Assembly: GCA_029060215.1 (NCBI GenBank)
Contig: JAIDUK010000035.1
Span: forward strand, 13,235 to 77,234
Direction of reading: 5' to 3'
Length of the DNA stretch: 64,000 nucleotides
DNA from: Alistipes sp.
Lineage (GTDB): Bacteria > Bacteroidota > Bacteroidia > Bacteroidales > Rikenellaceae
A model generated the notes under the pieces. It saw only the letters and a list, made by a program, of their open reading frames with translations, was not told the DNA's origin and did no database searches. Each line of letters starts with the position of its first letter. The stretch's first letter is position 1. The translations under genes were made by a program, and so were the position numbers. This document shows positions 29,940-39,426 of this stretch, piece by piece.

Positions 29940-31364
29940 TTATTTTGTATTAGATTCTTCGCTGCGCTCAGAATGACGGCACGAATGCCATGTCGGACAA
30001 AAAGAATTGCCCCCGGCGACTTCCTCGCCGAACAAAGTGGCCGAGGTGCAGCCGGTGATGCGGACGCGGACGTAATCGCCGACGCTATGCGCGCCGCGGT
30101 CGAAGACCACGACCTTGTTCTGCGACGTACGCCCGGAGAGCTGGCCCGGGTCGCGCTTGGAAACGCCCTCGACCAAGACCTCGAACTCCTTGCCGACGTC
30201 GCGCAGGTAACTTTGGCGCCCGAGCTCATTCTGCAAGGCGATGATCTCCTGCAAACGCCGCGACTTGACCTCGTCGGGCACGTCGTCGGGCAAGTGCTTG
30301 GAAGCGAACGTCCCGGGCCGCTCGGAATACTTGAACATGAAGGCGAAGTCGTAACCGACCTCGCGCATGAGCGAAAGGGTCTGGGCATGCTCCTCCTCGG
30401 TCTCGCCCGAGAAACCGGCGATGAGGTCGGTGGTGATGCCGCAATCGGGCAAGTAACGCCGGATGGCGGCGATGCGGCCGAGGTACCATTCGCGCGAATA
30501 CTTGCGGTTCATACGCTCGAGCATGGACGAAGCACCCGACTGGGCCGGCAGGTGGATCGACCGGCAGATGTTGGGCATGGAAGCCATGACCTCCAACAAC
30601 TTGTCGCTCATGTCCTTGGGATGCGACGTGGCGAACCGGACGCGCAAGAGGGGCGAAACCTCGGCTGTGAGCCGCACGAGCTCGGGAAAATCGACCTCAC
30701 CGGCGCAGTAGGAATTGACGTTCTGCCCGAGGAGCGTGACCTCGCGGTAACCGTTGTCGAAGAGCGAACGCACCTCGGCGAGGATCGTCTGAGGATCGCG
30801 GCTCCGCTCGCGGCCGCGGGTATAGGGCACGACGCAGTAAGAACAGAAATTGTTGCAGCCGCGCATGATAGAGACGAAAGCACTGACGCCGTTCTTATCG
30901 AGCCGCACGGGGGCGATCTCGGCGTAAGTCTCCTCGGAAGAGAGCAGGACGTTGACCCCCTTGCCGCCCGCCTCGGCCTCGCGGACGAGCCGCGGCAGAT
31001 CGCGGTAAGCATCGGGACCGGCGACGATGTCGACCCCCGAAGGGCCCTCGGTGAGCTTCTCCCGGAGCCGCTCGGCCATGCACCCGATGATGCCGACCAA
31101 CAACGAAGGCTTGTTTTTCTTCAACCGCCGCATCTCGGCCAAACGCCCCCAGATACGCTGCTCGGCGTTGTCGCGGATGGAACAAGTATTGATGAGGATG
31201 ACATCGGCCTCGTCGGGCCGCTCGGTATAGGTATAACCCTCCTGCTGCATGACCGAAACGACGATCTCGGAATCGCCGACGTTCATCTGGCAACCGTAGG
31301 TCTCGATGAAGAGCCTGCGGCCGCCACCCGGAAGGGGACGCAACGTATTTATACTAAGGTTCAA
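29940..31364 (-). CDS. miaB: tRNA-2-methylthio-N6-dimethylallyladenosine synthase
   Basis: ETYGCQMN, NTCSIRDNAE, MRGCNNFCSYCVVP, TRAM domain. Start uncertain; TTG at 31364 is plausible, and the ORF extension beyond it is repeat-derived. Confidence 0.92.
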   Translation of the reverse strand: MNLSINTLRPLPGGGRRLFIETYGCQMNVGDSEIVVSVMQQEGYTYTERPDEADVILINTCSIRDNAEQRIWGRLAEMRRLKKNKPSLLVGIIGCMAERLREKLTEGPSGVDIVAGPDAYRDLPRLVREAEAGGKGVNVLLSSEETYAEIAPVRLDKNGVSAFVSIMRGCNNFCSYCVVPYTRGRERSRDPQTILAEVRSLFDNGYREVTLLGQNVNSYCAGEVDFPELVRLTAEVSPLLRVRFATSHPKDMSDKLLEVMASMPNICRSIHLPAQSGASSMLERMNRKYSREWYLGRIAAIRRYLPDCGITTDLIAGFSGETEEEHAQTLSLMREVGYDFAFMFKYSERPGTFASKHLPDDVPDEVKSRRLQEIIALQNELGRQSYLRDVGKEFEVLVEGVSKRDPGQLSGRTSQNKVVVFDRGAHSVGDYVRVRITGCTSATLFGEEVAGGNSFCPTWHSCRHSERSEESNTK

Positions 31365-31530
31365 GGTGGAAAGTGAAAAGTGGAAAGTGAAAAGTGAAAA
31401 GTGAAAAGTGAAAAGTGAAAGGAAGATCGAACGTTTTGACAGATTCTTCGCTACGCTCAGAATGACATATTTTGTTCGGAAATCTTGCTCAGAATGACAT
31501 ATCTTGCTCGGAATATCTTGTTCGGAATGA
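31365..31530. repeat. GTGAAAA heptamer tract plus REP-like units
   Basis: Near-perfect (GTGAAAA)n at 31365-31422, then AGATTCTTCGCTACGCTCAGAATGAC and degenerate GAATGAC units. Confidence 0.88.
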
Positions 31531-31542
31531 CACGCGGCCGCG

Positions 31543-32532
31543 CTATTCGGCCTGAATCTCGTTCTTGTCGGGGAACTGCTTGAAGCCCTCGCCGAAAGTC
31601 TCGTAGGCATCGGTGACGACGACGAAAGCCCGCGGGTCGATCTCCTTGATCTTGTGCTGGACCTGCCGGACCTCCTTGCGGCTGACGACGAGGAAAATCA
31701 TGTCGCGGACGGTGTCGGTATACATACCCCTCGACTTGATATAGGTAGCGCTGCGGTCCAAATCCTCGATGATGAACTTCTTGAGGGGATCGTGGTGGTC
31801 GCTGATGATGAACAACAACTTATCGTACGACGCGCCGTCGAGCATATAAGCCACGACGCGCGACGAAGCGTAGATCATGAGCAACGAATAGAGCGTGAGC
31901 ATCCACCCGCTGGAGGAAGCCTCGCCCGTACCGAGCCCGAACCCGATGACGGCCAGACCGGAGAGGACGACGAACCCGTCGGCGAGGAAGATGCCGGAGG
32001 AGAACTTGATGCCGCAGAACTTCTGCAACAACATGCCGACGATGTCGGTGCCGCCGGTGGTGGCCTGCTGCCGCACGACGATGCCCTGCCCGACGCCGAC
32101 CAGAACGGCCCCCATGATACAAGTGAGCAACAAATCGTTGGAGAGGTCGAGGTGCCCGCCCAACAACAAGGCGGGGTCGAGCGACCGCACGGCCTCCTCG
32201 GACGGATAGACCAACCGGGTGAGGATGTTCATGAAACCCGGGGTATAGAGCGCTGCGGCGACGGTGCGCGCCCCGAACTGCCCGCCGAAGACCAACAAGG
32301 CGGTGAACATCAACGGCACGTCGAACATGTAGCCGAACGTACCGACCTGAACGGACGGGAAAATGTTGTGCAGCACGATACCCATGCCGTAGACCCCGCC
32401 GGGCACGAAATTATAGGGATTGATGAAGAGCACGAAACCGGCGCCCATGATCGAGCAACCCAGAAAAATCAGTACCCACGAGCGCCACCACGCCCACGAA
32501 CGCATCGGCTTGAGCAAAGTTCCAGCATTCAT
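31543..32532 (-). CDS. YitT-family membrane protein
   Basis: FVPGGVYG, ATTGGTDIV, RSATY...GMYT, IDPRAFVVV. Start MNAGT at 32532. Confidence 0.88.
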   Translation of the reverse strand: MNAGTLLKPMRSWAWWRSWVLIFLGCSIMGAGFVLFINPYNFVPGGVYGMGIVLHNIFPSVQVGTFGYMFDVPLMFTALLVFGGQFGARTVAAALYTPGFMNILTRLVYPSEEAVRSLDPALLLGGHLDLSNDLLLTCIMGAVLVGVGQGIVVRQQATTGGTDIVGMLLQKFCGIKFSSGIFLADGFVVLSGLAVIGFGLGTGEASSSGWMLTLYSLLMIYASSRVVAYMLDGASYDKLLFIISDHHDPLKKFIIEDLDRSATYIKSRGMYTDTVRDMIFLVVSRKEVRQVQHKIKEIDPRAFVVVTDAYETFGEGFKQFPDKNEIQAE

Positions 32533-32749
32533 AATGATTGCAGTTTTCAGAGAGACAAAGGTAGTGCAAGCCGAGCGGAAAAGCAAACGGAGTGTGCGAT
32601 TATTGAAACTCCAACTCATAAAATCCGGCTCTTAGCCGGACAAGCCGAGAACAATGCAATGACGTAGCCTTTGCGTGTTTGTCCGGCTTGCGGGAAATGA
32701 TATTGCGGGGCTATTCATCTGCGGCGGCTGGGGCCGGACGCATCGGAGA

Positions 32750-33452
32750 TGCGGGCCGCCGCAGATGGCAACGCAGGGTGTTGCAAGCAAACCTACGTCC
32801 GGCATCGCGAGGAGCTGAAAGCGCTGGCGAAGCTATTTTCTCTCCGTCATCGCGAGGCATCACAGATGCCGTGGCGATCTGAACAAGAACAACAACTGGG
32901 CGGTTATGATTGAAACAAAGATGATCCGTTTTATTTAGGATGTTCTGTTTTGTTCAGATTGCCACGCTCGTTACACTCGCTCGCAATGACGTAGCTTTTG
33001 CGCAGTGCCCGGCCCTGTTGCCACAGATGGTAACGCAGAGCGTTGCGAACGATCTTACGTCCGTCATCGAGCGTTGAAGAAGTTGTATTTCTCTCCGTCA
33101 TCGCGAGGCATCGCAGATGCCGTGGCGATCTGAACAAGAACAACGACCGGGCGGATTGATTGAAACAAAGATGATCCGTTTTTTTAGGATGTTCTGTTTT
33201 ATTCAGATTGCCACGCTCGTTACACTCGCTCGCAATGACGAGGGTGGGTGGACTGCGCGCTTTGCAATGACGGGAGATTCTTCGGAAAGCAACAAGGGTT
33301 TATTCAGATTGCCACGGGCCTGACGGCCCTCGCAATGACGGGAGAGAAGCTGTGCACCTCGCAATGACGGGGCCGGAAACCAATGAATGATGAATAATTA
33401 ATAATGAATAATTGACCTCAGACCGAAAAACAATTATTCTCTATTCATTATT
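32750..33452. repeat. Tandem 251-bp REP-doublet units plus an AT-rich hairpin
   Basis: CTCTCCGTCATCGCGAGG block at 32840 and 33091; inverted GCAATGAC partners end at 32990 and 33239. Confidence 0.88.
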
Positions 33453-33540
33453 CCGTGCCTTTGCGATTATGATTTGTGGTTTGCTTGCGTTATCTTTGTG
33501 GCCGAATTGGCCCGGGGAGCCCCGGGCTGTGTGCGAAGCT

Positions 33541-33987
33541 ATGAAGATATTGATTCTCAACGGTCCGAACCTCAATCTGCAAGGGCGGCGCGAAACGTCG
33601 GTCTACGGGACGCAGCCGTTCGGCGAGTTTTTCGCCGCGTTGCAGGCGCGTTATCCGCAGCTGGAGTTGGCCTATTTCCAGTCCAACATCGAGGGCGAGC
33701 TTATCGATGCCGTGCAGCAGGCCGAGGGGCGTTTCGACGGCGTGGTGTTCAATGCGGGCGGCTACACCCATACCTCCGTCGCCCTGCGCGATGCTGTGGC
33801 CGCAGTGGGGGTGCCTGTGGTCGAGGTGCATATTTCGTCGATTCTGGCCCGCGAGGAGTTCCGCCATGTTTCGCTGCTCGCCCCCGTGGCCGTGGGTTCC
33901 ATCATGGGTTTCGGGCTCGATTCCTACAGGCTCGGCATCGAGGCCCTGCTCCTGCGGGCCGGGGCATCGGCTTTGCAACATGATTGA
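33541..33987 (+). CDS. aroQ: Type II 3-dehydroquinate dehydratase
   Basis: LNGPNLNLQG, FQSNIEGELID, NAGGYTHTSVALRDA, EVHISSI..RE.FRH. Confidence 0.95.
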   Translation: MKILILNGPNLNLQGRRETSVYGTQPFGEFFAALQARYPQLELAYFQSNIEGELIDAVQQAEGRFDGVVFNAGGYTHTSVALRDAVAAVGVPVVEVHISSILAREEFRHVSLLAPVAVGSIMGFGLDSYRLGIEALLLRAGASALQHD

Positions 33988-34013
33988 TTCTTCTATAGAA
34001 AATATTATATATT

Positions 34014-35489
34014 ATGGATAAGTTGAAAAAGACTAAGATCGTCGCCACCATGTCGGATTTCCGTTGTACGGAGGAGTTCGTCCGGCAGCTGGCCGACGCA
34101 GGCATGGACGTGGTGCGCATCAATTCGGCGCATGTCACCCTCGAAGGGGCTTCGCAGATCGTGGAGACGGTCCACAAGGTCGATCCCGCCATTCCGGTGA
34201 TGATCGACACCAAGGGGCCCGAAATCCGTGTCACGACCCTTGCCGAGGAGTTCGGCGAGCGCATCGAGTTCAAGGCGGGCGACCGTGTGGCGGTGCGAGG
34301 CTCCGACGGTTCGGACGCCACCACGCGCGAGGTCGTCTACATGAACGTGCCCGGCATCGTAGCCGACATCCCTGTGGGGGCACGGATGCTCATCGCCGAC
34401 GGCGAGGTCGAGCTGCGCGTGGTCGGGAAGTCGGAGACGGAGCTCACCTGCGAATTCGTCGGCGACGGGGCCTTGCGTTCGCGCAAGAGCGTCAATGTCC
34501 CCGGTGTGTCGGTCGACCTGCCGTCGGTGACCGACAAGGACCGGCGGTTCATCGAGTGGGCCATATCGCACGACGTCGATTTCATCGCCCACTCGTTCGT
34601 GCGCTCGGTGCGCGACTTGCAGGCCGTGCAGGCCATTCTCGACACCCACGGCAGCCCGATCAAGATCATCTCCAAGATCGAGAATCAGGAGGGGCTCGAC
34701 AACATCGACGAGATCATCGAGGCTTCGTACGGCATCATGGTCGCCCGCGGCGATCTGGGCGTGGAGCTTCCCGCCGAGGCGATTCCCAACACCCAGCGGC
34801 GCATCGTCGAGAAGTGCATTGCCGCCAAGCGCCCGGTCATCATCGCCACGCAGATGCTCTATTCGATGGTCCGCAATCCGCGTCCCACGCGGGCCGAGGT
34901 GAGCGACGTGGCGAGCGCCATCTACGAGCGCGTCGACGCCGTGATGCTCAGCGACGAGACCGCCGTGGGCGATTATCCTGCCGAGGCGGTGGCCACCATG
35001 GCCCGCATCGCCCGTGAGATCGAGCGCGACGAGAACCATTTCAAGCCCATGGTCGACATCAACATGATTTCGGTCAACCACGAGATTACGGCCCAGCTCG
35101 CCCGGTCGGCCGTGCGGGCTTCCACCAACCTGCCGATCCGCTACGTCGTCCTCGACACCAAGACCGGACGTACGGGGCGTTATCTGGCGGCTTTCCGCGG
35201 GCACAATACGGTCGTGGCGGTTTGCTATCAGCTTCATGCACAGCGTATTCTGGCTCTTTCGTACGGCGTCGTGCCCATCTTGCGCAAGCAGGAGCTGGGC
35301 GACCGCTACCACTTCCTGACGGACGCCATGGAGGTCATCGAGCAGAAGGGCAGCCTCGCCGACAGCGATCTGCTGGCCATCGTCGGCGGCAGTTTCGGGC
35401 CCGACGGCGGTGCTTCCTACGTCGAGATAGCCGACGTGAAGCGGATCCGCGAACGCAACGCGAACAGCGGCGGTTGTTCAACCCTTTGA
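34014..35489 (+). CDS. pyk: Pyruvate kinase
   Basis: KTKIVAT, DTKGPEIR, IISKIEN, MVARGDLGVE, ATQML, DAVMLSDETA. Confidence 0.96.
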   Translation: MDKLKKTKIVATMSDFRCTEEFVRQLADAGMDVVRINSAHVTLEGASQIVETVHKVDPAIPVMIDTKGPEIRVTTLAEEFGERIEFKAGDRVAVRGSDGSDATTREVVYMNVPGIVADIPVGARMLIADGEVELRVVGKSETELTCEFVGDGALRSRKSVNVPGVSVDLPSVTDKDRRFIEWAISHDVDFIAHSFVRSVRDLQAVQAILDTHGSPIKIISKIENQEGLDNIDEIIEASYGIMVARGDLGVELPAEAIPNTQRRIVEKCIAAKRPVIIATQMLYSMVRNPRPTRAEVSDVASAIYERVDAVMLSDETAVGDYPAEAVATMARIAREIERDENHFKPMVDINMISVNHEITAQLARSAVRASTNLPIRYVVLDTKTGRTGRYLAAFRGHNTVVAVCYQLHAQRILALSYGVVPILRKQELGDRYHFLTDAMEVIEQKGSLADSDLLAIVGGSFGPDGGASYVEIADVKRIRERNANSGGCSTL

Positions 35490-35493
35490 CACC

Positions 35494-36945
35494 TTGGCGG
35501 GCGAGTTGAAAGAGCGCGTCGCGCGGGGCGTGGCATGGTCGATCGCCGAAAAGATCGGCACGACGCTTCTCCAGACGGGGGTGTCGATCGTCGTGTTGCG
35601 GCTGTTGATGCCCGACGATTTCGGCGTCGTGGCCATCCTCACGGCTTTCGCCGCGGTGGCCGCAACGGTGGTCGACAGCGGGTTTTCGCAGGCCCTGATC
35701 CGCAAGGCCGAGCCTTCGGACGAGGATTACCGGTCGGTCTTTCTTTTCAATATCGGGGTCTCGGCGGTGCTCTACGGCTTGCTCGCGGCTTTGTCGCCCC
35801 TCGTTGCGGAGTATTACGACATGCCTGTCCTTGAGCAGGTCGCACCGGTATTCTTCCTGCTTCTGCCTGCCAATGCGCTCTGCGTCATCCAGCACACCAT
35901 CTTCACCCGGCGCTTCCGCTTCGCCTTGTTGTCGAAGGTCACATTCGCCGCGTCGTTCGTGAGCGGGTGCGCCGCCGTGCTGCTGGCGTTGGCCGGGTGC
36001 GGGGTCTGGAGCTTGGTTGCGCAGCGGGTGTTGCAGATGGCCGTGCGGGCCTTGCTGCTGTGGCGGCTCAGCGACTGGCGGCCCCGGCGTCGGGGCGGAC
36101 CGGCGTTCGTCTCCTTGCGCGAAATGGCGCCGTTCAGCTTCAGCCTGCTGGCCACCGACCTGATTTCGGCCCTCTACAACAAGATTCCCCAACTCTGCAT
36201 CGGCAAGCTCTGGCCGGCCGATACGCTCGGCTATTTCGATCAGGCGCTCAAGCTCAAGGACCTGCCTGCGACCTCGGTCATGACGGCCGTGCAGGGGGTG
36301 ACCTATCCCGCGTTCTCCAAAATCGCCGCCGACGGACGGAAGTTCGCCGAGAGTTTCCGGCAGGTGACGATGGTCGTCGCCTATGCCATGTTTCCCGTCA
36401 TGCTCGGGCTCTCGGCCGCGGCGCACGACCTCTTTGCCGTGCTCTTGGGCGAGAAGTGGATGCCGACGGTCCCTTATTTCGAGGCGGTCTGTCTGGCCGG
36501 GCTTTTCTATCCGGTGGCCATGGTGGCCTACAACGTGATGAAGACCGGGTGCAGCGGGCGGACCATCGTCCGGCTGGAGATTTTCAAGAAGTGCATCATG
36601 ACGGTCATCCTCGTCGTGACGCTCCCCCGCAGCGTGCAGGCCGTCGTGTGGGGGCTGGTCCTTTTCGCCGCCTGCGAAATGGCGGTCAACGTGGGGGCTG
36701 CCCTGCGTGCGGTGCCGCTCTCCGGTTGGCGGCTGGCGCGGACCCTGCTGCCGGTGGCTTTGATTTCGGGGGCCATGTACGGGGTTGTCCGTGCGGTGGC
36801 CGGGGCCCCGATCGAGCCGGTCGGCCTGCGGCTTCTGCTGGAAATAGCCGGTGGGGCAGGGGCCTACCTGCTGCTCTCGCTTCTCTTCCGGCCGGAGGCT
36901 TTTGCGGAGATGCTCTCTATCGTCCGCCGACAGCTCCGGGCATAG
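35494..36945 (+). CDS. Polysaccharide flippase (WzxC-like, MOP superfamily)
   Basis: RLLMPDDFGVV, DSGFSQALI, LGYFDQA, LLGEKW; multi-TM. Confidence 0.85.
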   Translation: MAGELKERVARGVAWSIAEKIGTTLLQTGVSIVVLRLLMPDDFGVVAILTAFAAVAATVVDSGFSQALIRKAEPSDEDYRSVFLFNIGVSAVLYGLLAALSPLVAEYYDMPVLEQVAPVFFLLLPANALCVIQHTIFTRRFRFALLSKVTFAASFVSGCAAVLLALAGCGVWSLVAQRVLQMAVRALLLWRLSDWRPRRRGGPAFVSLREMAPFSFSLLATDLISALYNKIPQLCIGKLWPADTLGYFDQALKLKDLPATSVMTAVQGVTYPAFSKIAADGRKFAESFRQVTMVVAYAMFPVMLGLSAAAHDLFAVLLGEKWMPTVPYFEAVCLAGLFYPVAMVAYNVMKTGCSGRTIVRLEIFKKCIMTVILVVTLPRSVQAVVWGLVLFAACEMAVNVGAALRAVPLSGWRLARTLLPVALISGAMYGVVRAVAGAPIEPVGLRLLLEIAGGAGAYLLLSLLFRPEAFAEMLSIVRRQLRA

Positions 36946-37220
36946 GCCGGGCCGGAGCGGCGAGAGCCTGTGCGCCCGGAAACGAACGGTGTGCGGATCG
37001 GTGTGCGAAACGGTGTGCGTCGGGCGGATCCGAAAAAGACTTAGCGTAAAAAAACGCTTTTTCCGGCCGGGCGGGAATCCTCTTGTTTTCTTCCTTGTTC
37101 ATCGATGCGGTTTTCGGGGCGGCGTGCCGCTCCGGATTCTTCGGCGCCCGGTTTTCCCGGTTGCGGCCCGGGCGTTCCCGCAGCTGCGTGCGCCGGGTCC
37201 GATGCGGTGGCTTTTGGGTT

Positions 37221-37290
37221 GCGATTTTCAATAAAATCGCCGGTGTGTGCGCACACACTTTGGATATTCGAAAAAATGTTCCTATGTTTG
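37221..37290 (+). promoter_or_regulatory. Promoter of the LacI-uxu locus with candidate operator palindromes
   Basis: TTTG at 37259-37262 and TAtgTTTG at 37283-37290 (20-nt spacing); palindromes GCGATTTT-CAAT-AAAATCGC (37221-37240) and GTGTGTGCGCACACAC (37243-37258). Confidence 0.7.
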
Positions 37291-37310
37291 TTCCGAGAGA
37301 AAACCCAAGC

Positions 37311-38384
37311 ATGAAGGACAAACTCAAGGAACACATTCGGATCGTGGACGTTGCCCGCATGGCCGGAGTTTCGGCCGGAACGGTCGACCGCGTGCTGCAC
37401 AACCGGGGCAAGGTCTCCGAGGAGAATTTGCGTAAAATACGCGAGGTGCTCGCCTCGGTCGACTACCGGCCCAATCTGGTGGCCCGGTCGCTGGCGTCGT
37501 GCCGCGAACGGACGCTGGCCGTCATCATCCCCGCCTACCGCGAGGACGATTACTGGGCCTATGTCGACGCCGGTATTTCGCGCGCCGCCGTGGGGGCCGA
37601 GCGTTTCAACGTGCGCGTGCGCCGGTTCTTCTTCGACCAGTACGACCATGCCACCTTCCTGAAGACGCTCGCCCGCGTACGCGACGAACATTTCGACGGC
37701 GTGCTGCTGGCCACGCTCTTTTCCGATTCGGTGGTCGACTACGCCCGCGAACTCGATGCCGAGGGCACGCCCTATGTCTTCGTCGACTCCAACATACCGG
37801 GGTGCAACCGGCTGGCCTATTTCGGCACTTCGTCGTTCGACGCCGGGGTAGTGGCGGCGCGCCTGCTCTCCGACCGCATCGCGCCGGAGGCCGACATTCT
37901 GGTGGGGAGCATCATCCACCGCGGCGACGGGGGCTCCAACCAGTGCCGCTGCCGCGAGATGGGTTTCCGCGACTACCTCGGCCGCGCGGGCTTCCGGGGC
38001 CGTCTGCTCGGGGCTTCGCTGCGGCTCGACGACGAGGGCTACAACCGCCGCGTGCTCGACGAACTGTTCGAGGAGAATCCCCGCATAGCCGGAGCCGTGA
38101 CCTTCAATTCGACTTGCTACATCCTTGCCAACTACCTCCGCTCGTCGGGCCACGACGGGGTGCGGCTCGTGGGCTACGACGTCATCCGCCGCAACCGCGA
38201 GATGCTCGAAGCCGGGGTGGTCACGGCGCTCGTGGCCCAGCGGCCCGCGGCGCAGGGATTCCACGGTGTGATGGCGCTCTGCGACATGCTGGTCAGCGGG
38301 CGCCGCGGCCCGTCCGACAACCTGATGCCCATCGACATCGTTTTTCGGGAAAACGTCCGTTTTTACAACAGTCATATCATCTAA
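37311..38384 (+). CDS. LacI-family transcriptional regulator (UxuR-like by context)
   Basis: IRIVDVARMAGVSAGTVDRVLHNRG HTH plus periplasmic-binding-type domain. Start at 37311. Confidence 0.9.
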   Translation: MKDKLKEHIRIVDVARMAGVSAGTVDRVLHNRGKVSEENLRKIREVLASVDYRPNLVARSLASCRERTLAVIIPAYREDDYWAYVDAGISRAAVGAERFNVRVRRFFFDQYDHATFLKTLARVRDEHFDGVLLATLFSDSVVDYARELDAEGTPYVFVDSNIPGCNRLAYFGTSSFDAGVVAARLLSDRIAPEADILVGSIIHRGDGGSNQCRCREMGFRDYLGRAGFRGRLLGASLRLDDEGYNRRVLDELFEENPRIAGAVTFNSTCYILANYLRSSGHDGVRLVGYDVIRRNREMLEAGVVTALVAQRPAAQGFHGVMALCDMLVSGRRGPSDNLMPIDIVFRENVRFYNSHII

Positions 38385-38387
38385 GTT

Positions 38388-39200
38388 ATGAAAAATCTTT
38401 TCGATATTTCCGGCAAAGTCGTCGTCGTCACGGGCGGCGCCGGTATCTTGGGCCGCAGCATCTGTCTCTACCTTGCAGAGCAGGGCGCCAAAGTCGCGGT
38501 CCTCGACCGCGACGAGAAGGCTGGCGGCGAGTTGGTCGCAGCCATTGGCAAGGAGGGCGGCGAGGCGCTGTTCCTTGCCACCGACGTGCTCGACCGGGCC
38601 GTATTGGAGCAGAACCGCGCCGATATTCTTGCCGCATACGGCTGCATCGACGTGCTGCTCAACGCTGCGGGCGGCAACATGGGCGGCGCTACGATCGCCC
38701 CCGACAAGTCGTTCCTCGATCTGGAGATCGACGCGTTCCGCAAGGTAGTCGACCTCAATCTGTTCGGCACGGTGCTTCCCACCACCGTTTTCGGCGAGGC
38801 CATGACCGAGCGCAAGAAAGGCGTCATCGTCAACTTCTGCTCCGAATCGGCGTTGCGGCCGCTCACGCGCGTGGTGGGTTACGGCGCCGCCAAGGCCGCC
38901 ATAGCCAATTACACCAAGTATATGGCTGCCGAACTGGCCACGAAGTTCAGCCCCGAGATGCGCGTCAACGCCATCGTGCCCGGGTTCCTGCTGACCAACC
39001 AGAACCGCACACTGCTCACCAACCCCGACGGCAGTTATACCGACCGGGCCAAGACGATCATCGCCCACACGCCTGCCGGACGTTTCGCCGAGCCCGAGGA
39101 GCTGCTGGGCACGATCCACTACCTCATCAGCGACGCTTCGTCGTTCGTGACGGGTGCGCTGGCCGTGGTCGACGGCGGGTTCGACGCGTTCTCGATTTAG
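38388..39200 (+). CDS. uxuB: SDR oxidoreductase, probable D-mannonate (fructuronate) oxidoreductase
   Basis: VTGGAGILG, NAAGGN, YGAAKAA, RVNAIVPGF; adjacent to uxuA. Confidence 0.82.
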   Translation: MKNLFDISGKVVVVTGGAGILGRSICLYLAEQGAKVAVLDRDEKAGGELVAAIGKEGGEALFLATDVLDRAVLEQNRADILAAYGCIDVLLNAAGGNMGGATIAPDKSFLDLEIDAFRKVVDLNLFGTVLPTTVFGEAMTERKKGVIVNFCSESALRPLTRVVGYGAAKAAIANYTKYMAAELATKFSPEMRVNAIVPGFLLTNQNRTLLTNPDGSYTDRAKTIIAHTPAGRFAEPEELLGTIHYLISDASSFVTGALAVVDGGFDAFSI

Positions 39201-39426
39201 TCTTCGGACAGGGATTCCGGCTCGATGCCGCAGCCGCGGCGGAGAACGGACTAAAAGCGCGAGCGGAGGGGCCGGTTTGCTTGCAAACCCGCGAATAGGC
39301 GCCCGGAGCCAGCGTTAGGCTGTTCGGAGCAGGCGAGGCATCTGCCGGAGAGTTTTTGGTACTTTTTGCGGAAAAAAGTACATAGTAAGAATTGATTGTA
39401 GGATAAAAAACGAAATAAGTTTTATC

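Noticed and set aside
31365-31610. N-terminal extension of MiaB to 31610
   Set aside because: It is built from REP and heptamer repeats and overlaps the end of the YitT gene.
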